From a virus (Duplodnaviria; Caudoviricetes): a DNA stretch of 32,952 bases. The notes under the pieces are model-generated. The model was given only the letters and a program-made list of their open reading frames with translations. It did no database searches and was not told where the DNA came from. The stretch's first letter is position 1; each line of letters begins with the position of its first letter. Both the position numbers and the translations under genes were made by a program. The stretch spans positions 1 through 32,952 of the IMG/VR virus record IMGVR_UViG_3300025018_000372, one strand, 5' to 3'. Of this stretch, positions 1-8,923 are shown in pieces.

Positions 1-54
1 GGAGCATTGTAGCAACCGTTGAAGGTGTACCGTAAGGAGCGCTGGAGGAACTAC

Positions 55-101
55 TGTAACCGCCCGCGCATTTTGGCACTATGTCACGCTTGATTTGGCA
101 C
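55..101 (+). repeat. Phage terminus (tail end) with putative transposase-binding repeats
   Basis: TG at 55, then TTTGGCAC at 72-79 and 94-101 (22-bp spacing, like Mu R1/R2). Confidence 0.75.
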
Positions 102-355
102 CACCCCCAATGAAAATTCTGTATGGGTTTCTGCCTCAACGGCGGCATCGATCTGAGCTAGAAAAAACAAAGTCTTGACTGCGCCGCCGACGGCGCTTAA
201 TACTCCCTAGGTAAAGCTCTTTTAAAGCCTAGTTACGGAACCGCCGCAGGCTGGTTGCCATTGTCGGTTGTGGTGGCAATAGTGATGAACTTGCGCTCGA
301 TGATCGGCTGGCGGTTTTTGCCGAAACGCTCAAACACGCAGATATGATTTGCATG

Positions 356-583
356 TTATACGCTCACAATCTCAATCGTCGCGGCGGGGGTTTGGCTGAC
401 CATGGCGCCGTAACGGTAACTGATGCGCTGGCCGATGCGGGCAGACCCGGAAATGAGGATTTTGGCACCGCTGACGTCGTCGGTGATGATGAGCCCTCGC
501 AGGGTTGATTGGGTGACACGACCCGTTCGTAGGCGTTCGCCTCGACCGCTTCGCTGCTGTAGCAGGGTTTTTAGATTGGCCAT
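356..583 (-). CDS. Small basic tail-associated protein, last gene of the late operon
   Basis: 75 aa; ATG directly abuts the stop of the upstream tail gene. Confidence 0.65.
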   Translation of the reverse strand: MANLKTLLQQRSGRGERLRTGRVTQSTLRGLIITDDVSGAKILISGSARIGQRISYRYGAMVSQTPAATIEIVSV

Positions 584-2695
584 TTACAGGCTCCTCGGAA
601 TATCGACAGACAAGGCCATCCGAAGGGTTGGATGGGCTGCGCTGATACTAATGGCCGTGACTCGACCAAGCCCGGCAGGGATGGAAAGGATGTCGCCTGG
701 CAGTATTTCGCGCCCTGAGTCGGTGGTGAACCAGGTTGTCGTCAACTGGTAACGATCAAACCCTTGTCCGTTTTCGTCAAGATAATTCCGCGCCCAAAGT
801 TCAGCCGCCAGTGGGCTGGTGCAGAGTGGGTGCATCAGATGATCGGGAGACAAGGTGTCTGCGGCCCCTCGCCGGGCGTCGGTGAGCACGTCGGTCATGG
901 GTTCGCCGCTGGTGACAATGATCTGTATGGCTTGGCCGTAATATTGAGGAAAATCGACGCGAACTCTGCGAGAGCGCAGGCTATAACTGATGGTGGCCAG
1001 ACTGTATCCTGCGGTTGCCGTTGTGATTTCACCAGTTTCAATGTCGAGACTCATTAACCCCAAATCTGTTGCTGTCCCGTAATCGTAGGAATCGAGACTG
1101 ACGACCTGGCCACTGACCTGGGCCACACCCTCAATGATTTCTATTCTTTGTGTGTGGTTGGTGATGTACGCCCCCAGATCGGTGACACTGACCGTACCCA
1201 GATCACTGGTTGCGGTGGTAATGCTGGCGTCAGGGTCGCATTGCACAGCCAGGGTGACACTGCTTGGATCAGTAGTTTCATCGCGCTCAATTTCGCTGAT
1301 TGAGATATTAGCACTGTTGAGCTCATCAGGTGGCCTGCCGACAAAGACGCGGTTATACCCTGGGCGGATATTGTAGCTTTGCCCCAGGGTGGTGACAGTG
1401 CTTTCTGTCAGCACTGCGTCGGAGATATAATTTCCAACAGATTGTTTATGTCGGGGACGAATTATCAGGCGACCGTCGGCGCGACTGATCAGTACCGAGC
1501 CGCAGGCTTGCGCGACCTGATTGCAGATTTCAACCTCGGTCAGCTGCTCGGCTGTCCAGCGATCGACCGGCCAGTCTGGAATCGCTGTGGTATCGGCCTG
1601 GGCAGCAATGGCGCAACTGCTGCTGTCGATGTATGTTTGTGTTTTTGGCACAGAGCTGAGATTTGCGCTAATAGACCTGGCTTCGATGCTGTAGCGCGTT
1701 TGGGGGTATTGCTGTTGCAGGTCGCGACTGACAATTTGCATCCGCCAGATAATATTATGGATGGTGATGATGATTTCGCTGTCGGGCAGACAGAGATCAT
1801 AATCCGTGTCGCGTTGCAGGGTCGCGCGGCACAACCAGGCATAACTTTCTTCGTCAGCGCTTAAGGTCAGATCGAGCAGCTTGACCTGCTGACCAGCAAC
1901 CTGGGCGCTAACGATTCCGGGGATAGCCCCGGCGTAGGTGTAAAAATCAGGAACGGCGGTGGAAAGTGACACACGCGTTGGCGGTAGCGCATGCGACAAC
2001 TGCGGCGTCAGCGAGGAAACGTCTAAAACCAGAGTGGCTACCGGCAAGACCGGAGATGAATCTGGTGGTGGTGGCGGGGGGGATCCCGTGATCGGGTTGG
2101 CGAGGAGATCAGCCCTGGCGTTTGCATCCAGCACCCCATCCCACACTGCAATATTATCAAGGCTGTCAACCCAATCGAAATCAGGGTATCCAGCAAATCC
2201 GAGGCCGAAATTTACGCTGACTAAATCTTGAGGGTCAAAACTTGTCATGACCGGAGTCGTCATCCCGCCGATATAAACTTCGGCGGTATTGGTCTGGAAG
2301 CTGGTGTTATAGCTGACGTTTATGACTACCAGCAGGGCTGCGGTCAGGGCGAAAGTTGCCGATTGTGTCCCGTAATACCATTCTGTGGGTTTGTAATATT
2401 CGAGCACTCGCTCTTGCGCGCCAAATTGCAACCGTAATGGGCAAACATCGTCTGGGACACTTGGCGATGACCAGAAAGAAAGGGCAAAGTCACCCGCCGA
2501 CGGAATAGCCGCCAAGGGGACCGACAGTGCTGCACCACTGGCTGCAAACCCAAACGCATTTCCACCGCCGGGGACTCCGGGCTCACTGGTGACCTGTGCC
2601 AGGTTGGTGCCGGTGGCGTCAAATCCGTTTCCGCTGGCATCCGGCACGGTCGCTCCGACCGTTTCGCCGCTGTAGTATGCAATAAGCGTCGCCAC
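584..2695 (-). CDS. Tail tip protein: N-terminal LamG/concanavalin-like domain, Pro linker, C-terminal hub/Tal-like region
   Basis: GTG start at 2695 after an AAGGA RBS. LIAYY..DASGNG..GNAFGF..DFALSFW..WDGVL is a LamG-3-like pattern; PPPPPP linker; VAQACGSVLISRADGRLIIRPR is hub-like. Confidence 0.7.
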   Translation of the reverse strand: MATLIAYYSGETVGATVPDASGNGFDATGTNLAQVTSEPGVPGGGNAFGFAASGAALSVPLAAIPSAGDFALSFWSSPSVPDDVCPLRLQFGAQERVLEYYKPTEWYYGTQSATFALTAALLVVINVSYNTSFQTNTAEVYIGGMTTPVMTSFDPQDLVSVNFGLGFAGYPDFDWVDSLDNIAVWDGVLDANARADLLANPITGSPPPPPPDSSPVLPVATLVLDVSSLTPQLSHALPPTRVSLSTAVPDFYTYAGAIPGIVSAQVAGQQVKLLDLTLSADEESYAWLCRATLQRDTDYDLCLPDSEIIITIHNIIWRMQIVSRDLQQQYPQTRYSIEARSISANLSSVPKTQTYIDSSSCAIAAQADTTAIPDWPVDRWTAEQLTEVEICNQVAQACGSVLISRADGRLIIRPRHKQSVGNYISDAVLTESTVTTLGQSYNIRPGYNRVFVGRPPDELNSANISISEIERDETTDPSSVTLAVQCDPDASITTATSDLGTVSVTDLGAYITNHTQRIEIIEGVAQVSGQVVSLDSYDYGTATDLGLMSLDIETGEITTATAGYSLATISYSLRSRRVRVDFPQYYGQAIQIIVTSGEPMTDVLTDARRGAADTLSPDHLMHPLCTSPLAAELWARNYLDENGQGFDRYQLTTTWFTTDSGREILPGDILSIPAGLGRVTAISISAAHPTLRMALSVDIPRSL

Positions 2696-2708
2696 TGAGG
2701 ATTCCTTG

Positions 2709-3140
2709 CTAGAGATAGGTGCCGGTGACGAGACCGGCGGTGTTGACCACCAGGGTATAGTCTGTGCCCACAACGGCAATATCTGCCGGGGGGTTATTGA
2801 GCAGATAGCTGAGCAGGGGCGGGTTCAGCTTGGCGTCAAGCGTGCCACTGTAATAGATGATGGCACGCCGAAACGTTGCGGTTAACGACGGCCAAACAAT
2901 ATCATCAGCATCGGCGACAAAGCCGGTGGCGCTGCCGCTCAGAACTTCTCCGGTGATATCGGCACCGCCCGCAGTGTAACCGGTGCCGGAAATTTCATGG
3001 GCGCTGATACTGCTGAGCAGTTCATGCGTGGGGTCCATAGTGTACGCGCTTGACACCAACATGACCTTCAGCGGACCAACCATCGCGCCCAGGGCAACAA
3101 GTTTTGCGGTGTGGTTGTATTTTTCGACAGACACGGACAT
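2709..3140 (-). CDS. Conserved phage tail/virion protein
   Basis: 143 aa; LKVMLVSSAYT...EISGTGYTAGG...DADDIVW motif common in tail modules. Confidence 0.7.
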   Translation of the reverse strand: MSVSVEKYNHTAKLVALGAMVGPLKVMLVSSAYTMDPTHELLSSISAHEISGTGYTAGGADITGEVLSGSATGFVADADDIVWPSLTATFRRAIIYYSGTLDAKLNPPLLSYLLNNPPADIAVVGTDYTLVVNTAGLVTGTYL

Positions 3141-3776
3141 TTATGCACATCCTTTCTTGCTGCGGTGCAAATCGTCAAACATGGCTCTGACCTCGGCCAG
3201 GCTGGTGAGTTTGCGAAACGGTGTTCCGGGGGCCAGACGCACAAAATCGCGCGATGTGGCCAGGTCGTGCCGGAAGTAGGGGGTTAATTCCTGCGGATCG
3301 ATAGTGGCGGTGTGGGGCAGCGGCCCCCAGTCGACATCAACATCAAAGCTTTTGGGAGACTGGTCGAGATAATATTCCAGCATTTTTTTCACGCCTTTGG
3401 CCTGGGGTGGTGCGGCGAGAAAATACAGGGCACCGGTGGTCAGCATGAGGGTTTGCGACGCGCTGTAGCCTGCGACGAATTCCGGCAAGCGGTAAATTTG
3501 TGGGGTGACGTAAATATCGGCATCCAGATAAATGCCGCCGACCTCGTACAGGATCGCCAGGCGCAAAAGCGCGGCCTGCACCGAGGGAAGAGACGCGGTG
3601 CTGTGGTGGTGAATAGTGATATTATCGAAAGCCTCGCGGTAGCCGTAGCGGGACAAAAATCGCCGGGATGCTCGCTGGTTGTAGATGCGATGCTTGACAT
3701 TACGCAGGTGCGCCGCGTTGGCGGTGCGATAAATTCCATAATTTGGGTTGTCGTTGTGGTTAACCTGAAACATCAT
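3141..3776 (-). CDS. Glycosyltransferase, GT32/DXD sugar-binding (Och1-like) family
   Basis: LLRLAILYEVGGIYLDAD motif, then FLAAPP and WGP; start MMFQVN at 3776, 1 bp after the upstream stop. Confidence 0.75.
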   Translation of the reverse strand: MMFQVNHNDNPNYGIYRTANAAHLRNVKHRIYNQRASRRFLSRYGYREAFDNITIHHHSTASLPSVQAALLRLAILYEVGGIYLDADIYVTPQIYRLPEFVAGYSASQTLMLTTGALYFLAAPPQAKGVKKMLEYYLDQSPKSFDVDVDWGPLPHTATIDPQELTPYFRHDLATSRDFVRLAPGTPFRKLTSLAEVRAMFDDLHRSKKGCA

Positions 3777-3777
3777 A

Positions 3778-4545
3778 TCAATAATACCCCGACAACGGAG
3801 AAACGCGCAGATCTGTCCAGCCACCACCGCCCACGGTGGTGATGATGCCTGCGGCGGTTTCGAGCACGCCAAGGGGCGGGATATCAGGCAATTCTTCAGG
3901 GAGCTGCTCAACTTGCTGTTGGCCGCTGGTGACAATGATGCCGTCAAGGGTCAATGCCCAAAAAACTGAACCGCTGGCGGGTTTTAATAACCCGGTAGCA
4001 TCTGGTGTCAGCCAGGCATCGGCATAGTAGATACTGTCATAGTAGGAATATTCGGCACTCACAATGCCTGATACCCCGTAATTGTCGCCACGCATGGAGA
4101 TTTTTTGCCCATTAAAATCAAGGACTGATGGAGATGAGTGCTGCACACGCCCATCGTCAAACACCTGCACAATCTCCGTTAACTTTTCAATGTTTACCCA
4201 AGAGGCAGGTTTTCGCGACAGAGAAAATGGGCCCTTGCCGTTCATGGTAATAAAGTCTATCTGGGTGCCGCTGTTGGCCAGGGTGAACGCGTCTGTTGGC
4301 GGTCCACCTTGGTACACCGAAACGCTTAAAGGTGTCGACGGCCCATAGTCATCGGACAAAAAAACGGCAGAAAGGCCAAGGGCCCCTTCAAGGGTGTTGC
4401 CTAATACCACGGCAAAATAAACCTGGACCCAGGCCGGGGTTGTTTCCAGTTGCCCGGCGATTACCTGGACTGTGGCGTTGACGCGCCCGGCCCGCTCAAA
4501 GGGGCTGTCGCTGTCGGTGGTGATCACATGGGTGGCGATGGCCAT
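3778..4545 (-). CDS. Hypothetical tail protein
   Basis: 255 aa, beta-rich composition, tightly coupled to neighbours in the tail operon. Confidence 0.6.
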   Translation of the reverse strand: MAIATHVITTDSDSPFERAGRVNATVQVIAGQLETTPAWVQVYFAVVLGNTLEGALGLSAVFLSDDYGPSTPLSVSVYQGGPPTDAFTLANSGTQIDFITMNGKGPFSLSRKPASWVNIEKLTEIVQVFDDGRVQHSSPSVLDFNGQKISMRGDNYGVSGIVSAEYSYYDSIYYADAWLTPDATGLLKPASGSVFWALTLDGIIVTSGQQQVEQLPEELPDIPPLGVLETAAGIITTVGGGGWTDLRVSPLSGYY

Positions 4546-4547
4546 GG

Positions 4548-4928
4548 TTACGCCTCCATCAGAGGCATGGTGAGCAGTTCGACCAGGTCGGAGGCCTCGG
4601 GGGCTTCGTAGCTGATCAGGTCGCGGGCGTCAGGCGGCCCGGTCGGGAATACACTCAGGGTGCTGCTGTTGTTGAGGGTCAAGGTTAAGCCAACGGCGCT
4701 GGTGTAGTTCGACATCAGGTCACGCAGCGCGACCAGTTCGGTGCGGGTGATCCACACCGGGCCGCTCAAGGTTACGGGCCTGCCTCCGATAGCGGGGGCA
4801 GCATCGATAATCAGCGTGCCGTCCAGGGCGCGTTCGCTGGCGGTTTTGACGCTGATCCACTGGTGTTCGTCGCTCCAGGTCAGCCCGGCGGGCAGGGTGA
4901 CTGTTGTCGTTCCGTCGGATAACGTCAT
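4548..4928 (-). CDS. Distal tail (Dit-like) protein
   Basis: Follows the tape measure gene; LTWSDEHQW..ERALDGTLII...GRPVTL motif. Confidence 0.65.
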   Translation of the reverse strand: MTLSDGTTTVTLPAGLTWSDEHQWISVKTASERALDGTLIIDAAPAIGGRPVTLSGPVWITRTELVALRDLMSNYTSAVGLTLTLNNSSTLSVFPTGPPDARDLISYEAPEASDLVELLTMPLMEA

Positions 4929-7288
4929 ACAGTCACCATATTCAGGCGGCGCAATTCGGCCAATAGCTGTTGCCCGGCGTCGCCATCGGGCAGGGTGACG
5001 GAGGCTTCGGCACCACCGGCGCGCAGGTTAATAGTTCCCAGGCTTTGCACACTGGCGGCCCCTCCGCCGCTGGTCCCCATTTGCTGGTCGATATAGCGCT
5101 GGGTTGCGGCTGTGCGCTCGATGCGCTGACCGTTGGGCAGGGTGACCCATTCGCGCGAGGCTTCTTGCACGGCGACGGTTTGGCGGCGCAGCAGGTCGGT
5201 TGCGTGAGCGTTGAGGCTGTTAGAATAGGCATTACCCAGCTGGCCACTGGCGTTTAAGTAGTCGCGGTTGTTCTGGCGGTAGGTGTTGATGTCTTCCGGC
5301 GTTGACAGGTTATTGATTTCGGTGGTGATTCTGTCCCAGTTGGCATAAAACCCGTTGGCCAGGTCGTTGGCGTTATTGATTTGCTTGGCGGCCTCGGTTG
5401 CGGATCTGGCAATGCTGTCAAGCGCCGGGACGGCTGAATCGGCGCTTTTTTGGGCTGAGGTGCCAATGTTATCGAGGGCTGCGCCTGACTTTAGCGCGGC
5501 TTCTTTGACGCCCAGCTCGGCTTCGATTTTTTCTTGAGCGGCGCTGCGGTATTCTTCGCTGTCGACCCCGTAAATTTCTTTCGCCGTTTCCATGGTGGCC
5601 TGACGAATTTCGACAATCTGTCGGGCGTTTTCCAGTTCGAGCCGGGCGATCTGGTATTGATATTCGGCGTTGTCGATAATGCCAAGCTGCAGGTGTTCTT
5701 TCAGGGTAATCTGGCGCGCTTTCAGGCTGTTGCTGAGGGCGGTTTCTTCCTGGTCAAACCCGTAAATCGCATCTTGCCATAGCTCGTTGTTCAGGGCCTT
5801 GACGGCATCGGTGTAGGCTTTGCGTTTGACTTCGAGGTCTTTAAGGGCCTTTCCGCTGGCCTGTTCTTTTTCGGTTAGGGCGTCAGCGGCTGTGGCTGCG
5901 GCATAGTAGGCTTCGGCGGCTTTATCGACGGCGGCTTTCAAATTGTCGGCAGTGGGGGCTGTCAGCTTAAGCGCTTCGTTGAGCACGTCTTGTTTTTTGG
6001 CGGTCTCATCGGTGGCTGTTTGCAGGCTGGTTTGCGCGGTGGCCAGTTCGCCGGTGGTGGTGGCGGCGGTGCCAAGGGCCTGACTGCTGGCGGTAATTCC
6101 GGTGGCCGAGGCGGCGGCCTGCTCGCCCATGGTGCGGAAGCTGCTGCCAATGTTCCCGGCGGCAATTTCGAGCCGTTCGAGATCGGCGCGGAACTTATCG
6201 CCAGGAGTGCTGTCTTGCAGCACGGCCATGGCGCCTTTGAAATCGCCTTCAATGGCCAGGCTGATGGCGGCAAAGGTGGCGGCAGCGGTTTCACCGAGAA
6301 GTTTAATGGGCACCAGCACGGTTTGTGCACCTAACATCAACAGCTTCAGCCCTTCAACCATGCTATTGACGAAGTTGCGGAACCCTTCGCCTTCGCCACC
6401 GATGCCGCCGATGGTTTCCCCAAGCAGGCGAAATCCATCGAGCAAGCCTGGATCTTGAATAGCGGCAGATAGATCATCGAGCGCCCCGGTGAAGGCGCTG
6501 AGCAGCCCGCTGTTGGCGACAGCCAGCTTTAATTCCAGCAGGCTATTGTTGAGGCGGTTGATCGATGCTTGCGCGGTTTCGATTTTCCCGCTGTCCAGGT
6601 CGAAGGTTTCACGCAGCTTGGCTGCAAACTTTGGCAACAGGTCAATGCCGACTTCACCCTTTTGCAGCATGGAATCGAGCTCGGCGGTTGAGACCCCTGC
6701 GGCATCGGCAAAAGCCTTGAACGCGCCCGGCATGCGTTCACCGAGTTGACCGCGCAGCTCTTCGGCGCTGACTTTTCCTTTGCTCATCATTTGGCTGATA
6801 GCAAGGAGCGCGGCATCGGTGTCGGCGCTGGATTTTCCAAGCTTGGCCATTGATCCGGCAACGGCCTCAAAAATTTGTCTGGTTGCTTCGCCTTCAATGA
6901 TTGTGCCCTTGGCGGCGGCGGCCAGGTTGATGTATCCGTTGGTTGCCCCTTGTAGATCGAGCCCAAGTTTTTCGGAGACTTGACGCAAAAACTCCATTTC
7001 TTCGTTGGCGGCCTGTTGGCTTCCGGTGACGCTGACCAGGGCTTTTTCGTAGCTGTCCCATTCAATTGCGGCCTGGATGACTTCGCGCACCGCCAGCGCC
7101 CCGGCCAAGGGGCCGAGGGCATTGATCAGCAGGCTGCCCGCCTGTTTCACCGAGTCCAGGGTTGTGGCCAGCGTTTTGTTTGAGCCCCCAAACCCTTCGG
7201 CGGCTTTTTGGGCGCGGTGCAAACCATCTTCGGCGCCTTTGGTGTAGGCGCTGATGATGAGCTTTATTTCTTTTTCTTTATCGGCCAT
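4925..7288 (-). CDS. Tail tape measure protein
   Basis: 787 aa, Ala-rich and helical; QMMSKGKVSAEELRGQLGERMPGA tape-measure domain motif. Confidence 0.92.
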   Translation of the reverse strand: MADKEKEIKLIISAYTKGAEDGLHRAQKAAEGFGGSNKTLATTLDSVKQAGSLLINALGPLAGALAVREVIQAAIEWDSYEKALVSVTGSQQAANEEMEFLRQVSEKLGLDLQGATNGYINLAAAAKGTIIEGEATRQIFEAVAGSMAKLGKSSADTDAALLAISQMMSKGKVSAEELRGQLGERMPGAFKAFADAAGVSTAELDSMLQKGEVGIDLLPKFAAKLRETFDLDSGKIETAQASINRLNNSLLELKLAVANSGLLSAFTGALDDLSAAIQDPGLLDGFRLLGETIGGIGGEGEGFRNFVNSMVEGLKLLMLGAQTVLVPIKLLGETAAATFAAISLAIEGDFKGAMAVLQDSTPGDKFRADLERLEIAAGNIGSSFRTMGEQAAASATGITASSQALGTAATTTGELATAQTSLQTATDETAKKQDVLNEALKLTAPTADNLKAAVDKAAEAYYAAATAADALTEKEQASGKALKDLEVKRKAYTDAVKALNNELWQDAIYGFDQEETALSNSLKARQITLKEHLQLGIIDNAEYQYQIARLELENARQIVEIRQATMETAKEIYGVDSEEYRSAAQEKIEAELGVKEAALKSGAALDNIGTSAQKSADSAVPALDSIARSATEAAKQINNANDLANGFYANWDRITTEINNLSTPEDINTYRQNNRDYLNASGQLGNAYSNSLNAHATDLLRRQTVAVQEASREWVTLPNGQRIERTAATQRYIDQQMGTSGGGAASVQSLGTINLRAGGAEASVTLPDGDAGQQLLAELRRLNMVTV

Positions 7289-7451
7289 TGGTCACCTGTT
7301 TCAGGAAACTGTAACCCCACAACCATGGGGTTTGATATCCTCGCCGGACAAGTTCGGCGCAGAGTTCGTGAAGGCTTTCGGTTACGCTTTTTTGCTGTTG
7401 GTGACCCTGCGACTGAGGTCGCGATACTGCTGAACGGCTTTCAAAAAAAAA
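7278..7451 (-). CDS. -1 frameshift extension of the tail assembly chaperone
   Basis: Open -1 frame from the T9 run to the TMP start; LCAELVRRGY..PWLWGYSF. Confidence 0.6.
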   Translation of the reverse strand, partial: FFFESRSAVSRPQSQGHQQQKSVTESLHELCAELVRRGYQTPWLWGYSFLKQVTNGR

Positions 7452-7696
7452 GGGTTCACGTCCTCGACGGCCTGCCACAGCTCATGGAGCTGTGAGGGTG
7501 GTAGCGGTTCCAGGTCTGCGGCGAGCAGGCCGGTCGAGAGCAACACGGCCTGCGCGGGCAGCCGATCGGCAAAGGCCAGATCCAGCCAAAAAGTTTGCGG
7601 GCTGTTGGTGCCGATGACCTGCTTCAGCTCTTCAAGTGTCAGCTCTTTGCAGCACAGGTCGCTGCCCTGCCAGCTGATGATTTTTGATAGCTTCAT
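7382..7696 (-). CDS. Tail assembly chaperone
   Basis: 104 aa between tail tube and TMP; ...PPSQL..L...VEDVNPFF with a slippery T run. Confidence 0.78.
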   Translation of the reverse strand: MKLSKIISWQGSDLCCKELTLEELKQVIGTNSPQTFWLDLAFADRLPAQAVLLSTGLLAADLEPLPPSQLHELWQAVEDVNPFFLKAVQQYRDLSRRVTNSKKA

Positions 7697-7705
7697 GAGT
7701 CACCT

Positions 7706-8452
7706 TTATGCGTGATAAACAACGGTGAAGGGGCTGGTCGCGCCTTCTGGAATTTCACACAACCCTTCAAGTTCGAGGGGCAAGAAATCATCACTCAAAA
7801 AATCGACCGCGCTGGTCGGCTTGAGGCGGGCCGACAGCACAGTGACGGTGCAGTTTTTCCCGGTGACAAAGTTGGTGCCGTCCAAAACCAGTTTGGCGCG
7901 GATCGTCGGGCTGGTGCCGCCGGTGATGGTGTCGAAACTGGCGGCGGCGTAGTCGTAATCAATGTGCATCACGGCTGCATCGGCGATTGATCCGGTCGAC
8001 AGCACTTTGATCATGCCCAGCCGGGTGTTGAGCACGTAATCTGTGCCCTCCACATAAGTTGTGGTGTCAGTTGCGTCTTGCACAACCACATTGCTGACAC
8101 TGTATTTACCCAGCTCGACATAGCGGTCGGCAATGGCGGTGACGGCCTGGGCAACGGCACTCCCGGACGATTGAGTACCGGCGACAACGTCACCCAACAG
8201 GGCCAGGGCCATGTTTTCAGCATCGAGCTGGTTAATCGTCAATTTAATGGTGGTTTTACCTGGCAGCACGGCACTGGCGATAACCTGGCCGTAATTGCTG
8301 CGGCCCTTGCCGGTCTGTTCTTTCAGTTCCGATTCGGGGATGATTTCAAATTTGCTGGTGGCCCCGGCGATTTTCGCGCCCTGGGTGACGCCGGCGGAGG
8401 TGAGGCGGTCAATGTAAAGATCGCCCGATCCTAAAAAGCTTTCGGTTGCCAT
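7706..8452 (-). CDS. Major tail tube protein
   Basis: MATESFLGSGDLYIDR start after an AGGAG RBS; position after gp37; no sheath gene present. Confidence 0.8.
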   Translation of the reverse strand: MATESFLGSGDLYIDRLTSAGVTQGAKIAGATSKFEIIPESELKEQTGKGRSNYGQVIASAVLPGKTTIKLTINQLDAENMALALLGDVVAGTQSSGSAVAQAVTAIADRYVELGKYSVSNVVVQDATDTTTYVEGTDYVLNTRLGMIKVLSTGSIADAAVMHIDYDYAAASFDTITGGTSPTIRAKLVLDGTNFVTGKNCTVTVLSARLKPTSAVDFLSDDFLPLELEGLCEIPEGATSPFTVVYHA

Positions 8453-8460
8453 GGTGTTGA

Positions 8461-8491
8461 CTCCTGTGGTTGGGGCACGTTGCACTGTGCC
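8461..8491. repeat. Degenerate REP-like palindrome upstream of the tail tube RBS
   Basis: CTCCTGTGGTTGGGGCACG (19 bp) is identical to 11557-11575; GGCAC..GTGCC dyad. Confidence 0.65.
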
Positions 8492-8500
8492 AGAAATTTT

Positions 8501-8920
8501 TTAATTGCGTTTCAGCATCACCTGGTGGCCCAGCTGGTAATCTGCGCTCATGACGCACAGCCCCTGCGCGTACCCGATCATCTCTTCTTGCCCCACCTGC
8601 AACGCACCCACGCCACTGATGGTGGTATAATGCAGCGCGCCGCGGGTGGTTTCCATCAACTCATACGCCCCATAACGCCCACTGTCCGGACGCAGGCTTT
8701 TGTCAACGCCATACACGCGTATGGTCAACATGCGGGCATCGGCATTGCCGGTGCGCTGATTGGTCATGCCGACAACGTGCACCAACAGCGCGGGCAATTT
8801 CAGCGCCACGTTGACAAAGCTGTCGCTGCCGAATTCTCCGGCATAGCCCTTGATCGTGACCCCTGGGGCGGCGTCTTCGAGTAGGGACATCACCGCTTCT
8901 TCAATTTGTCGGTAGGTCAT
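8501..8920 (-). CDS. Mu gp37-like tail terminator/completion protein (DUF1834-like)
   Basis: 139 aa; IKGYAGEF..LPALLV..GAYELME; synteny. Confidence 0.75.
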   Translation of the reverse strand: MTYRQIEEAVMSLLEDAAPGVTIKGYAGEFGSDSFVNVALKLPALLVHVVGMTNQRTGNADARMLTIRVYGVDKSLRPDSGRYGAYELMETTRGALHYTTISGVGALQVGQEEMIGYAQGLCVMSADYQLGHQVMLKRN

Positions 8921-8923
8921 TTT

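Noticed and set aside
461-468. Additional TTTGGCAC copy
   Set aside because: Isolated, inside a CDS and about 400 bp from the end; may be chance.
110-2695. Diversity-generating retroelement at the tail end
   Set aside because: No reverse transcriptase and no TR/VR pair differing at adenines was seen.
3777-3947. N-terminal extension of the glycosyltransferase ORF, and similar upstream extensions (to 2779, 19353, 25692, 26973, 29765)
   Set aside because: Most overlap upstream genes; downstream starts with an RBS or stop/start coupling fit better.
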